From Antedon mediterranea (Eukaryota > Animalia > Echinodermata): DNA of 64,000 nt. Position numbers and translations under genes: made by a program. Shown one piece after another: positions 40,301 to 52,220 of the stretch; position 1 is the first letter of the stretch, and each line of letters opens with the position of its first letter. The stretch is taken from positions 19,961,648-20,025,647 of the forward strand of contig NC_092673.1 in assembly GCF_964355755.1 (NCBI RefSeq), written 5' to 3'. Under the pieces are notes generated by a model, which had not been told where the DNA came from, made no database searches, and saw only the letters and a list, made by a program, of their open reading frames with translations.

Positions 40301-42690
40301 CACAATATTCTAACGTATGACGTGCACGTGGCGTTTGCTCTGCGGATAACCTAACTCGTCCGTAGTGACGAGTTCAAATCTAGTTTTTTTTTTTCTTTAT
40401 TCTTCTTTCTTTCCACGATTTTTGTTCGCAGCGTATCTCTAATTCTAGCTAACATCAGATTCTATAACTTTGTCATAAGATTGCCCTGTTGCTGTAGATG
40501 TGCAAGAAACTTTTTTTTATGAATTTCGAGTCGCGCAGCGTAAGTTACGCGCGATTTTATGAATTTCAATGATTGATCATAAATTAAAAACCAAAAGTCA
40601 TTTTATATTGAAACTTGGTGAAAATTTAAATTATATCATGCGCAAACTTTCTATGGATTAAAAATGGCATGTTTCTAATAAAGTAACGCGCGCACGCGCG
40701 TTTAAAATTTCAAAATGCGCAAAATTCATTTCTAATCAACTTTCTACGCGTTTCATGTCATTTTGAGCATTTCAAAAATTCCCACGCGTGCGCAATATTT
40801 TTACGCGCGCGTGCGCACGTAGCGCAAAAACATCTTTTTTTTGCTAGATTTTTGTTTTTTCAGCCTTCTTTAGTAATTTTACCAACTTTCAATCAATTTC
40901 GACTTAAAATCACGTCACACGAGCACGTAGAATTGGATAATTTGCGCGTGTTTTTGATGAAAAACTTCAAAAAATCGTCAAAATTAGACCTTTTTTTAAA
41001 CAGTCATAAATTCTAAACTACGTGGTGAACTTTTTTAAAATTACATATTCTGGAAGTAGATGAGTTGTTTTTCTCGAATCATGCATTGATATGGCTAACT
41101 GGACATTGTGACGTCATCGTATGGCCACCCGAATAAAAAATATAGGATTTTTTTCTCTTTCGTCATAGCTCGTCAATTTATTAGAGCGCATCTCTACTTA
41201 TCCTTATTCCATTTCACTCAATTTTTTTATATTGTCTAGATCAATCAATTATCTTTCGCATGATTCACCATTTTTAAAGTTGTGATGACGTCATCATGTT
41301 CAAATGCGTCAATAACTTTGGTCACTTATTTTCACCTATTCTGCACTGTATGTAGTACGTATACAGTATATAGTGTATACCGTACACACTTAGACGCGAC
41401 ACAAAATAGAGGGCTCACTAACATTTTTTCAATGGCATAATCGTTTTCTCTGCACAATATTCTAACGTATGACGTGCACGTGGCGTTTGCTCTGCGGATA
41501 ACCTAACTCGTCCGTAGTGACGAGTTCAAATCTAGTTTTTTTTTTTCTTTATTCTTCTTTCTTTCCACGATTTTTGTTCGCAGCGTATCTCTAATTCTAG
41601 CTAACATCAGATTCTATAACTTTGTCATAAGATTGCCCTGTTGCTGTAGATGTGCAAGAAACTTTTTTTTATGAATTTCGAGTCGCGCAGCGTAAGTTAC
41701 GCGCGATTTTATGAATTTCAATGATTGATCATAAATTAAAAACCAAAAGTCATTTTATATTGAAACTTGGTGAAAATTTAAATTATATCATGCGCAAACT
41801 TTCTATGGATTAAAAATGGCATGTTTCTAATAAAGTAACGCGCGCACGCGCGTTTAAAATTTCAAAATGCGCAAAATTCATTTCTAATCAACTTTCTACG
41901 CGTTTCATGTCATTTTGAGCATTTCAAAAATTCCCACGCGTGCGCAATATTTTTACGCGCGCGTGCGCACGTAGCGCAAAAACATCTTTTTTTTGCTAGA
42001 TTTTTGTTTTTTCAGCCTTCTTTAGTAATTTTACCAACTTTCAATCAATTTCGACTTAAAATCACGTCACACGAGCACGTAGAATTGGATAATTTGCGCG
42101 TGTTTTTGATGAAAAACTTCAAAAAATCGTCAAAATTAGACCTTTTTTTAAACAGTCATAAATTCTAAACTACGTGGTGAACTTTTTTAAAATTACATAT
42201 TCTGGAAGTAGATGAGTTGTTTTTCTCGAATCATGCATTGATATGGCTAACTGGACATTGTGACGTCATCGTATGGCCACCCGAATAAAAAATATAGGAT
42301 TTTTTTCTCTTTCGTCATAGCTCGTCAATTTATTAGAGCGCATCTCTACTTATCCTTATTCCATTTCACTCAATTTTTTTATATTGTCTAGATCAATCAA
42401 TTATCTTTCGCATGATTCACCATTTTTAAAGTTGTGATGACGTCATCATGTTCAAATGCGTCAATAACTTTGGTCACTTATTTTCACCTATTCTGCACTG
42501 TATGTAGTACGTATACAGTATATAGTGTATACCGTACACACTTAGACGCGACACAAAATAGAGGGCTCACTAACATTTTTTCAATGGCATAATCGTTTTT
42601 CTGCGCGCAATATTCTAACTTAGGTGTCATGCGCATGGGTTTTGCGATGCGGATAACCTAACTCGTCCGTAGTGACGAGTTCAAATCTAG
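29336..42690 (+). mobile_element. Run of eleven ~1.15-1.3-kb subfamily A units (single-headed, double-headed and headless)
   Basis: Tails at 30549, 31767, 32979, 34197, 35491, 36759, 37944, 39097, 40383, 41535, 42690. Heads at 29338, 30552/30577, 31770, 32982, 34200/34271, 35494/35545, 39100/39162. Confidence 0.88.
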
Positions 42691-44321
42691 TTGGTTATCC
42701 GCAACTAGTAAGTTGCGGATAACCCTTGTGATTGTAAATATCTTTTTTTAGTTGCGGATAACCCTTGTGATTGTAAATATCTTTTTTTTCATCTTCTTTG
42801 TTATTCTTCTTTCTTTCCCGGATTTTTGTGCGTCGCATATCTCTCATCCTTGTCAACATAAGATTGTATAACTTTGTCAAAAGATTGACCTGCAGCTGTA
42901 GATGTGCAAGAAACTTTGTTATATGACGTTAGAGTTGCGTTGCGTAAGTTACGCGCGATTTTATGAATTTCAATGATTCGTCATAGATTATAAACCAAAA
43001 GTCGTTTTGTATTGACACTTGATGAAAATTTAAGTCATATCAAGGGCAAACTTTCTATTGATTAAAAATGACATGTTTCACAAGAAGTTACGCGCGCACG
43101 CGCATTTAAAATTTCAAAATGCGCAAAATTAATTTCTAATCAACTTTCTACGCTGATCATGACATTTTTAGCATGTCAAAAATTCCCACGCGCGCGAAAA
43201 AAATTACGCGTAAGGTGCGCACGGAGCATGAAAATCATGTGTTTTTTTCTTGAATTATGATTTTACAGCCTTTCTTAGTCATTTTAAAAAAGATTTACAA
43301 CATTTCAAATTAAAATGACGTCATACGAACACGTTGATTTAGACAATTTGCGTGCCTTTTAGTTGCAAAAGTGACAAAATATTGTCAAAATTATGCCTAC
43401 TTTGAATCTATTATAGCTCCTCAGGATCAACCGTTACCCCCAATTTTTTTAATTTAATATGTAAGCAGATATGTTGTAGATATGAATTCATGCAGAATCT
43501 TTACCCCTCGGATGTTATGACGTCATCGTATGGCCACACGAATGTAAAATATTGAATTTTTGACTGTTTCGCTATTGCTCATTACATTAAATAGAGCGCA
43601 TATCGCTTATACGTATTCCATTTCCTAAGATATTTTAATACTGTCTAGGTCAACAACTATCTTTCGCATGAGTTAAAAATATTTTAATTTTTATGACGTC
43701 ATCATGTCTAAAAATGTAAATAACGTGGGTCACCTATTTTCATCTTTACAGTAAATTTCAATCTGTTATAGCTCGTCAGAATAAAAAGTGATCATCATGA
43801 TTAAAACGTTTTCTGGAAGCTATTGGATTGTAGATACGAAATCATGTAAACATTTTGCCAATCAGATGTTGTGATGTCATCATATGGCCAGTTAAATTCA
43901 AAAAGTCATATTTTCATCTCTTGCGTAAAAGTTCATTGCGTTTAAACGAGAGCGCATCTCTCTTTTACGTGCCCAAAATTCTTCAAATTTGTATTAATGT
44001 AATTAATTAGATAATTATCTTCTAAAATTGTTATTTTTGTATGTCAATTTCATGATGTCATCGTGTTAATAATTGGATTTAAAAGATGGGTCTCGTAATT
44101 CCGTCTATGCTACACTGTATATAACATATACAGTGTATTCTGTAAATACTGTAATATGATGTATGCTACAAAATAGGTACAATTCAGCACTGTAAAAATA
44201 TTTATTTCATGTCAAAGGATGGCATAATAATTGTCGAGGTTCATATAGTTAAGTATGTGCATGGATGCGTTTGAATTGCGCGGATAACCCGAACTCGTCA
44301 AAGTGACGAGTTCAAATCTAG
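42691..44321 (+). mobile_element. Intact HINE, subfamily D, with partial head duplication
   Basis: Head GGTTATCCGCAACTAGTAAGTTGCGGATAACC at 42693; D tail with CTAG at 44318-44321. Confidence 0.87.
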
Positions 44322-44365
44322 TTGGTTATCCGCACTTGGCGGATAACCCCTTGTTATTGTCAGGA

Positions 44366-44396
<31 letters not shown>

Positions 44397-47300
44397 CTAT
44401 GTTCTTCTTTCTTTCCACGAATTTTGTCCGCAGCATATCTCTATCTTCTGGCTAACATAATATTGTGTAACTTTGTCATAAGATTGACCTACAGCTGCAG
44501 ATGTGCAGCCAAGCTTTTGGACGATGTCGGAGATGCGCAGCGTAAGTTACGCGCGATTTTATGAATTTCAATGATTGATCATAGATTAAAAACTAAAAGT
44601 AATTTTGTATTGAAACTTGGTGAAAATGTAAGTCATATCATGCGCAAACTTTCTATGGATTAAAAATGGCATGTTTCACATAAAGTTACGAGCGCACGCG
44701 CGTTTAAAATTTCAAAATGCGTAAAATCAATTTCTAATCAACTTTCTACGCGTTTCAGGTCATTTTGAGCATTTCAAAAATTCCCATGCGTGCGCAATTT
44801 TTTTACGCGCGCGTGCGCACTTAGCGCAAAAACATCTTTTTTTTGCTTGATTTTTGTTTTTTCAGCTTTTTCTAGTAAATTTACCAATTTTCAATCAATT
44901 TCGACTTAAAATCACGTCATACGAGCACGTAGAATTGAACAATTTGCGCGCGTTTTTGATGAAAAATTTCAAAAATTCGTCAAAATTATGCCTTTTTTAA
45001 AACAGTCATAGATTCTAAACTCTGTGGTGAACTTTTTTAAAATTTCAGATTCTGGAAGTAGATGAGTTGTAGATAACAAATCATGCATCGATATGGCTAA
45101 CCGGACATTGTGACGTCATCGTATGGCCACTCGAATATAAAATATAGGATTTTTGTCTCTTTCGCATAGCTCATCACATTTAATAGAGCGCATCTCCACT
45201 TATCCGTATTCCATTTCCCCCCATTTTGTTATATTGACTAGGCCAATCAATTATCTTTCGCATAATCTAGGATTTTTTAAATTGTGATGACGTCATCATG
45301 TCCAAAAGCGTCAATAACTTTGGTCCCTTATTTTCACCTATTCTGCACTGTATGTAGTACGTATACAGAATATAGTGTATACCGTATACACTTTGATGTG
45401 ACGCAAAATTGAGAGCGCACTAACATTATTTCAATGGCGTAATCGTATTTCTGCGCACAATATTCTAACGTATGACGTGCACGTGGCTTTTGCGCTGCGG
45501 ATAACCTAACTCGTCCGTAGTGACGAGTTCAAGTCTAGTTGGTTATCCGCACTTGGCGGATAACCTCTTGTTATTGTCAGGATCTTTTTTTTTTTTCTTT
45601 TTTTTTTTTTTCTATCTTATTCTTCTTTCTTTCCCGGAATTTTGTTCGCAGCGTATCTCTAATTCTGGCGAATATAAGATTGTGTAACTTTGTCATAAGA
45701 TTGACCTCTAGCTGTAGATGTGCAGGACGTTTCGTTTTTTAACTTTAGAGTCGCGCAGCGTAAGTTACGCGCGATTTTATGAATTTCAATGATTGATCAT
45801 AGATTAAAAACCAAAAGTCATTTTGTATTGAAACTTGGTGAAAATTTAAGTCATATCATGCGGAAACTTTCTATGGATTAAAAATGGCATGTTTAACATA
45901 AAGTTACGCGCGCACGCGCGTTCAAAATTTCAAAATGCGCAAAATTCATTTCTAATCAACTTTCTACGCGTTTCATGTCATTTTGAGCATTTCAAAAATT
46001 CCCACGCGTGCGCACTTTTTTTACGCGCGCGTGCGCACGTAGCGCAAAAACATCTTTTTTTTGCTTGATTTTTGCTTTTCCAGCCTTTTCTAGTAAAATT
46101 ACCAATTTTCAATCAATTTCGACTTAAAATCACGTCATACGAGCACGTAAAATTGAACAATTTGCGCGCGTTTTTGAAGAAAAAGTGCAAAAATTCGTCA
46201 AAATTATGCCTTTTTTAAAACAGTCATAGATTGTAAACTACGAGGTGAACTTTTTTTAAATTACACATTCTGGAAGTTGATGAGTTGTAGATATCGAATC
46301 ATGCATCGCTATGGCTAACCGGACATTGTGACGTCATCGTTTGGCCACTCGAATATGAAATATAGGATTTTTGTCTCTTTCGTCTTAGCTCGTCACATTT
46401 AATAGAGCGCATCTCAACTTATCCGTATTCCAATTTCCCCCATTTTTTTATATTGTTTAATTCAATCAATTATCTTTCGCATGATTCACCATTTTTAAAA
46501 TTGTGATGACGTCATCATTTTCAAAAGCGTCAATAACTTTGGTCACTTATTTTCACCTATTCTGCACTGTATGTAGAACGTATACAATATATAGTGTTAT
46601 ACCGTATATACTTAGACGTGACGCAAAATAGAGAGCGCACTAACATTTTTTCAATTCTAACGTATGACGTGCACGTGGCTTTTGCGCTGCGGATAACCTA
46701 ACTCGTCCGTAGTGACGAGTTCAAATCTAGTATTTATTTGTTTCCTTCCACCCTTCTCCCCCATTTTTTGTGCGCAGCGTATCTCTAATTCTGGCCAACA
46801 TATGATTGTATAACTTTGTCAAAAGATTGCCCTGTAGCTGTAGATGTGCAAGAAACTTTTTTTTTCAAATTTCGAGTCGCGCAGCGTAAGTTACGCGCGA
46901 TTTTGTGAATTTCAATGATTGATCATAGAATAAAAACTAAAGGTCGTTTTGTATTGAAACTTGGTGAACATTTAAGTCATATAATGCGCAAACTTTCTAT
47001 AGATTAAAAATGGCATGTTTCCTAAAAAGTTACGCGCGCACGCGTATTTAAAATTTCAAAATGCGAAAAATCAATATCTAATCAACTTTCTACGCGTTTC
47101 ATGTCATTTTGAGCATTTCAAAAATTCCCACGCGTGCGCAATATTTTTACGCGCACGTGCGCACGTAGCGCAAAAACATCATTTTTTTGATTGATTTTTG
47201 TTTTTCCTGTCTTTTTTAGAAAATTTACCAACTTTCAAACAATTTCGACTTAAAATCACGTCATACGAGCAGGTAGAATTAAACAATTTACGCGCATTTT

Positions 47301-49091
47301 TGATGAAAAAGTTCAAAAATTTGTCAAATTTATGTCTTTTTTTAAACAGTCATAGATTCTAAACTACGTGGTGAACTTTTTTATAATTACATATTCTGGT
47401 AGTAGATGAGTTGCAGATATCAAATAATGCATCAATATGGCTAACCGGACATTCTGACGTCATCGTATGGCCACTCGAATATAAAATATAGGATTTTTGT
47501 CTCTTTCCTCGTAGCTCGTCACATTTAATATAGCGCATCTCCACTTATTTGTATTCCATTTCCCCCCATTTTCTTATGTTGTCTAGGTCTATCAATTACC
47601 TTTCGCACGATTGACCATTTTCAAAATTGTAATGACGTCATCATGTTCAAAAGCGTCAATAACTTTGGTCACTTATTTTCACCTTTTCTGCACTGTATGT
47701 AGTACGTATACAGTATATAGTGTATACCGTATATACTCAGACGTGACGAAAAATAGAGAGCACATTGAAATTGTTTCAATGACTTAATCGTTTTTCTGCG
47801 CGCAATATTTTAATGTATGACGTGCAAGTGGCCTTTGCGCTGCGGATAACCTAACTCGTCCGTAGTGACGAGTTCAAATCTAGTTGGTTATCCGCACTTG
47901 GCGGATAACCTCTTGTTATTGTCAGGATCTTTTTTTTTTTTTTTTTTTTTTTCTATGTTATTCTTCTTTCTTTCCCTGAATTTTGTTGGCAGCGTATCTC
48001 TAATTCTGGCAAACAGAAGATTGTGTAACTTTTTCATAAGATTGACCTGTAGCTGTAGATGTGCAGGACGTTTCGTTTTTTGACTTTAGAGTCGCGCAGC
48101 GTAAGTTACGCGCGATTTTGTGAATTTTGCGTATTTAACATAGATCAAAAACGAAAAAGCAATTTTAATTGAAACTTGGCAAAAGTGTATTTTATATCAT
48201 GCGCTAACTTTCTATGGATTTAAAATTGCAGTTTTCCAAAAAGTTACGCGCGCACGCGCGTTTAAAATTTCAAATTGCGAAAATTCAATTTCTAATCAAC
48301 TTTCTACGCGTTTCAGGTCATTTTGAGCATTTCAAAAATTCCCACGCGTGCGCAATTTTTTTACGCGCGCGTGCGCACGTAGCGCAAAAACATCTTTTTT
48401 TTGCTTGATTTCTGTTTTTCCTGTCTTTTTGTAGTAAATTTACCAACTTTTAAACAATTTCGACTTAAAATCACGTCATACGAGCATGTAGAATTGAACA
48501 ATTTGCGCGCGTTTTTGATGAAAAAGTTCAAAAATTCGTGAAAATTATGCCTTTTTTAAAACAGTCATAGATTGTAAACTACGAGGAGAACTTTTTTTAA
48601 ATTAGATATTCTGGAAGTTAATGAGTTGTAGATATCGAATCATGTATGAATATGGCTATCCGGACATTGTGACGTCATCGTATGGCCACTGAAATATAAA
48701 ATATAGGATTTTTGTCTCTTTCGCATAGCTCATCACATTTAATAGAGCGCATCTCCACTTATCCGTATTGCATTTCCCCCATTTTGTTATATTGTCTAGG
48801 CCAATCAATTATCTTTCGCATAATCTACCATTTTTTAAATTGTGATGACGTCATCATGTCCAAAAGCGTCAATAACTTTGGTCACTTATTTTCACCTATT
48901 CTGAACTGTATATAGTACGTATACAGTATATAGTGCATACTGTATATACTCAGACGTGACACAAAATAGAGAGCGCACTAACATTTTTTCAATGGCTTAA
49001 TCGTTTTTCTCTGAGCAATATTCTAACGCATGATGTGCACGTGGCGTTTGCGCTACGGATAAGCAAACTCGTTCGTAGTGACGTGTTCAAA
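44322..49091 (+). mobile_element. Four subfamily A units (44322-45538, 45539-46730, headless 46731-47883, 47884-49091 with decayed tail)
   Basis: Heads at 44324, 45541, 47886. The last tail reads TACGGATAAGC-AAACTCGTTCGTAGTGACGTGTT-CAAAT and lacks CTAG. Confidence 0.85.
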
Positions 49092-50770
49092 TTTATTTAT
49101 TTATTTATTTTTTTTTTTTTTATATTCTTCTTTCTTTCCACGAATTTGTTCGCAGTGTATCTGCATTGTATAACTTTGTCAAAAGATTGACCTGTAGCTG
49201 TAGATGTGCAATAAACTTCGTTATATGATGTTAGAGTCACGCAGAGCAAGTTACGCGCGATTATATAGAATTTTATGGTTGCTCATAAATTTTCAACACA
49301 AATTTATTTTTCAATAAAACTTTACGAGAGTGTATTTTATAATATTTATCAAATTTTGACATGATAAAAATTTCTAATTAATTCGCGTACATTTCAGGTC
49401 ATTTTGCGCATTTTAAAATTTTCTAAATTATTTGCGTTTTGCGAACGCATTTGTGCGTACAGCTCGTACAAAGCGTAGAAAAATGTGTTTTGTAATTGAT
49501 TTTTGTTGGTCATAGTCGTTTAATAGTAGATTTCACTCATTTTCATGAACTTTTATTGTAAATTAACGATGCACATGCACGTTGAACTTTAGAAATCCTG
49601 TGCTAAAGAATGACTAATATAATGCAAATTTGTGAAAAAATATACCTATTTTTATTCAGTTATAGCTCCTCAGTATGGCAGGTTACCCTATTTTTTGTTA
49701 ATGTATTATAGAAGCTAATGAGTTGTAGATATCAATTCATGTACAATTTGTACCTAAAGGATGTTCTGACGTCACCATATGGCCACTCGAATTTTTAAAA
49801 TAGATTTTTTTCTCTTTTGTATTATTTGATCCCATTTAATAAAGCGGATCGCGCTAGATTTTAATATGTTCTTGACAAATCAATTATCTTTCACATGAGT
49901 TAACAAAGTGACCACGTGATTAAAACTTATGGAAATTGTTGAATTGTAGATATGAATTCATATACAAATTTTGTTTATATGATGTTGTGACGTCCTCATA
50001 TGGCAGTTGTTCAACAAAAAGTCAGATGTTTATCTCTTTCGTAAAAAATCATCGCGTTTAAAATAGAGCGCATCTCAGTTTCACGTTCCGAAATTTTTAA
50101 AATTTGTATGTGTATATTATAATGTAATTATTTAGATAATTAAATTATATAACATATATAGTGTATTCTGTAATATGCTGTCAACACTGTAAACATATTT
50201 ATGTCTTACTCATAGGATGGCATAAAAATTGCCGGCGTGCTCAAAATTCTTCAACTTCTAAGAATGTATTTACTTAGATAATTATTCTCTAAAATTGTTA
50301 CCTTCATGTATAATAAAAATAAAATATAGGTCTCGTAATTTTTTCTGTGCTTTACTGTATATAAGTATATACTAGACGTATGACACAAAATAGGCACAAT
50401 TCAATAAATAAACCGCGCCTTTCACTTTTATCTGCCTTAATTTCCTCAAAATGCCAACATTTTGTTGCTCATAAAAATGTTCCTATCGGATGCTGTGAGG
50501 TCATGCTATGGGGTCATGCTATAAGGTGCTATGGCCAGTAATTGGAAAGGTAGGATTTTTATTTGTTTTTTGTCATAGTTCATCACTTCAACATATTACG
50601 CATCTCAGTTGTACGTGCCAAATTTCCTTTTAAAATAAAACGTATTATGTTATCGTTGAGATGAATTATTTTCCGAAAATGGACATACTTTTATGTTTCA
50701 TTTTGATGACATCAAACAATATTGTTCCCGTAATTTCATTTCTATACACCATAATATACTACAGTACAAC
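49092..50770 (+). mobile_element. Highly diverged HINE-homologous segment at the right edge of the array, no recognisable termini
   Basis: Retains body motifs (AAGATTGACCTGTAGCTGTAGATGTGC, GTTACGCGCGA, GTTGTAGATAT...GACGTCA..ATATGGCCA, CCCGTAATTTCA). The right boundary is approximate. Confidence 0.6.
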
Positions 50771-51369
50771 CAGTTACATGTGTGAATAATAATAATTACA
50801 ATTTCTTGTCTCCTCTGCTCTGTGATTTGATCTAATGGATTAATGATATTTATCTCAGTTACCGGTGAAAATTGCTCCAATAGATATAATATTTCTGATG
50901 AAACTAATATTATCACACCATAACTGTTAAAAATAATCTTTTATTTTAAACAAATTGAAGAAATCACACAAATCTGTATAAAATGTGTACCGGTATTTAT
51001 AAAAGCTTTCATTGGTTATTGCAAATGGTACAAAATTGTCAACATATAGTAGGCTGTTCATACTATACAGTAGTTCATCAACATTTTGGTGATCAGTAAT
51101 TTTACTTAGTACATTATTTAAATGATAATTTGTTAGTTGAGGATTCATTAAACGCATATTTATTGATCTATTTATAGAAGATTCTTATTTTTTAACAGTC
51201 ATTAACATGATTAATAATTTAATCATTTGCCGCGTTTAGACAATTGTTATGAAAGAATGACTGCATTAGTGGATGCCTAAAACTCCGGATCCCATTATAA
51301 TTGAAGAGATGAAACCATTCCATTGAACACCTAAAAACCAAAACAAAATAAATTAATTATTCTTGCAAA

Positions 51370-52085
51370 TGAGTAGATTACTGTATTAGTAAATTCATGT
51401 GGACCTGTATTGATAGAAAAAAAAATGAAATTATGTATAGAATGAAGTATTGGTAATCGTATAAAATAAAACGTATTTTCTTCTTCTGTAAACTTTTTAT
51501 TTTTAACATTACTTGAATACCGGTAGATATTGAAAGATTTTTATCTGCACAGATTGCAACATTGCATATTCAAATCCAGAACAATATTTATAATAATATA
51601 ACTCACATAAAAACAAGATTAAAATGTGTTTACTCACCAGATATTGTTTCTCCTATACAGGAGAATGACATGGGTTGAAATTACAGATTATTCGCTGCCC
51701 CTCTTGCATCGATAATAAATTGATTATTTTTCCAATTGAGTAAATTACTGTATTAGTAATTTCATGTGGACCTGGATAGAAAAAAAAAAGAATTATACAA
51801 CTGAAATTATGTATAGACCTAATGAAGTATTGGTAATCGTATAAAACAAAACGTATTTTCTTCTTCTGTGAAACTTTTTATTTTCAACATTACTTGAATA
51901 CTGGTAGATATTGAACGATTATTATGTACAGAGATTGCAACATTGCATATTCAAATTCAGAACAATATCTATAATAATATAACTCACATAAAAACAAGAT
52001 TGAAATGTGTTTAGACACCAGATATTGTTTCTCCTATATAGGAGAATGACATGGGTTGAAGTTACAGATTACTCGCTGCCTCTTG
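51370..52085. repeat. Two diverged direct repeats of ~340 bp (51370-51706, 51737-52085) downstream of the RepHel stop codon
   Basis: Both begin TGAGTA(G/A)ATTACTGTATTAGTAA and end CGCTGCC(CC)TCTTG. Confidence 0.85.
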
Positions 52086-52220
52086 TGCTTAGAGGGTCAT
52101 AATGATTTTCAGCTTGTTTTTACCAAATTGTTTTTTTTTTATTTGTATCCAGTTCTATTTTCATTTCCTAAAAAGTTTTTACAGAAATATAATTCAAATA
52201 CTTAAAAACCATTGATGCAA

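Larger units (their letters stand above)
1..50770 (+). repeat. Head-to-tail and nested array of ~35 non-autonomous Helentron/Helitron2-like (HINE) elements, subfamilies A-F
   Basis: 33 intact 3' termini counted by eye (subTIR + AACTCGTC-N6-GACGAGTT or AATTCGTC-N6-GACGAATT hairpin + CTAG) ending at 1385, 3056, 4637, 5965, 7483, 9058, 11970, 13681, 15198, 16753, 16967, 18499, 20019, 21640, 23165, 24752, 26272, 29260, 30549, 31767, 32979, 34197, 35491, 36759, 37944, 39097, 40383, 41535, 42690, 44321, 45538, 46730 and 47883. About 31 palindromic 5' heads. All are on the same strand with homologous bodies. SubTIRs, 3' hairpin and TT junctions match known Helentron/DINE-1 architecture. Confidence 0.9.

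Noticed and set aside
1341-47910. CRISPR-like or integron-cassette-like array (regular palindromes separated by long segments)
   Set aside because: The intervening segments are homologous to each other rather than unique spacers or gene cassettes. No cas or integrase gene is present, the context is eukaryotic, and the palindromes are explained as Helentron termini.
270-48915. Dozens of recurring 60-120-aa ORFs (e.g. MTPNFFNLFGKPLGC..., MFQKITAQKKYF..., MVIRTWRITPCYCQDL...)
   Set aside because: They recur only because the non-coding repeat recurs. Many rely on GTG/TTG starts or poly-T runs, are broken in sister copies and show no domain motifs.
1-49091. Simple satellite DNA or a single rolling-circle concatemer
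   Set aside because: Units belong to several subfamilies with different termini and are nested. Only a few segments (9147-11942, 40290-42595, possibly E/F) look like plain duplications.
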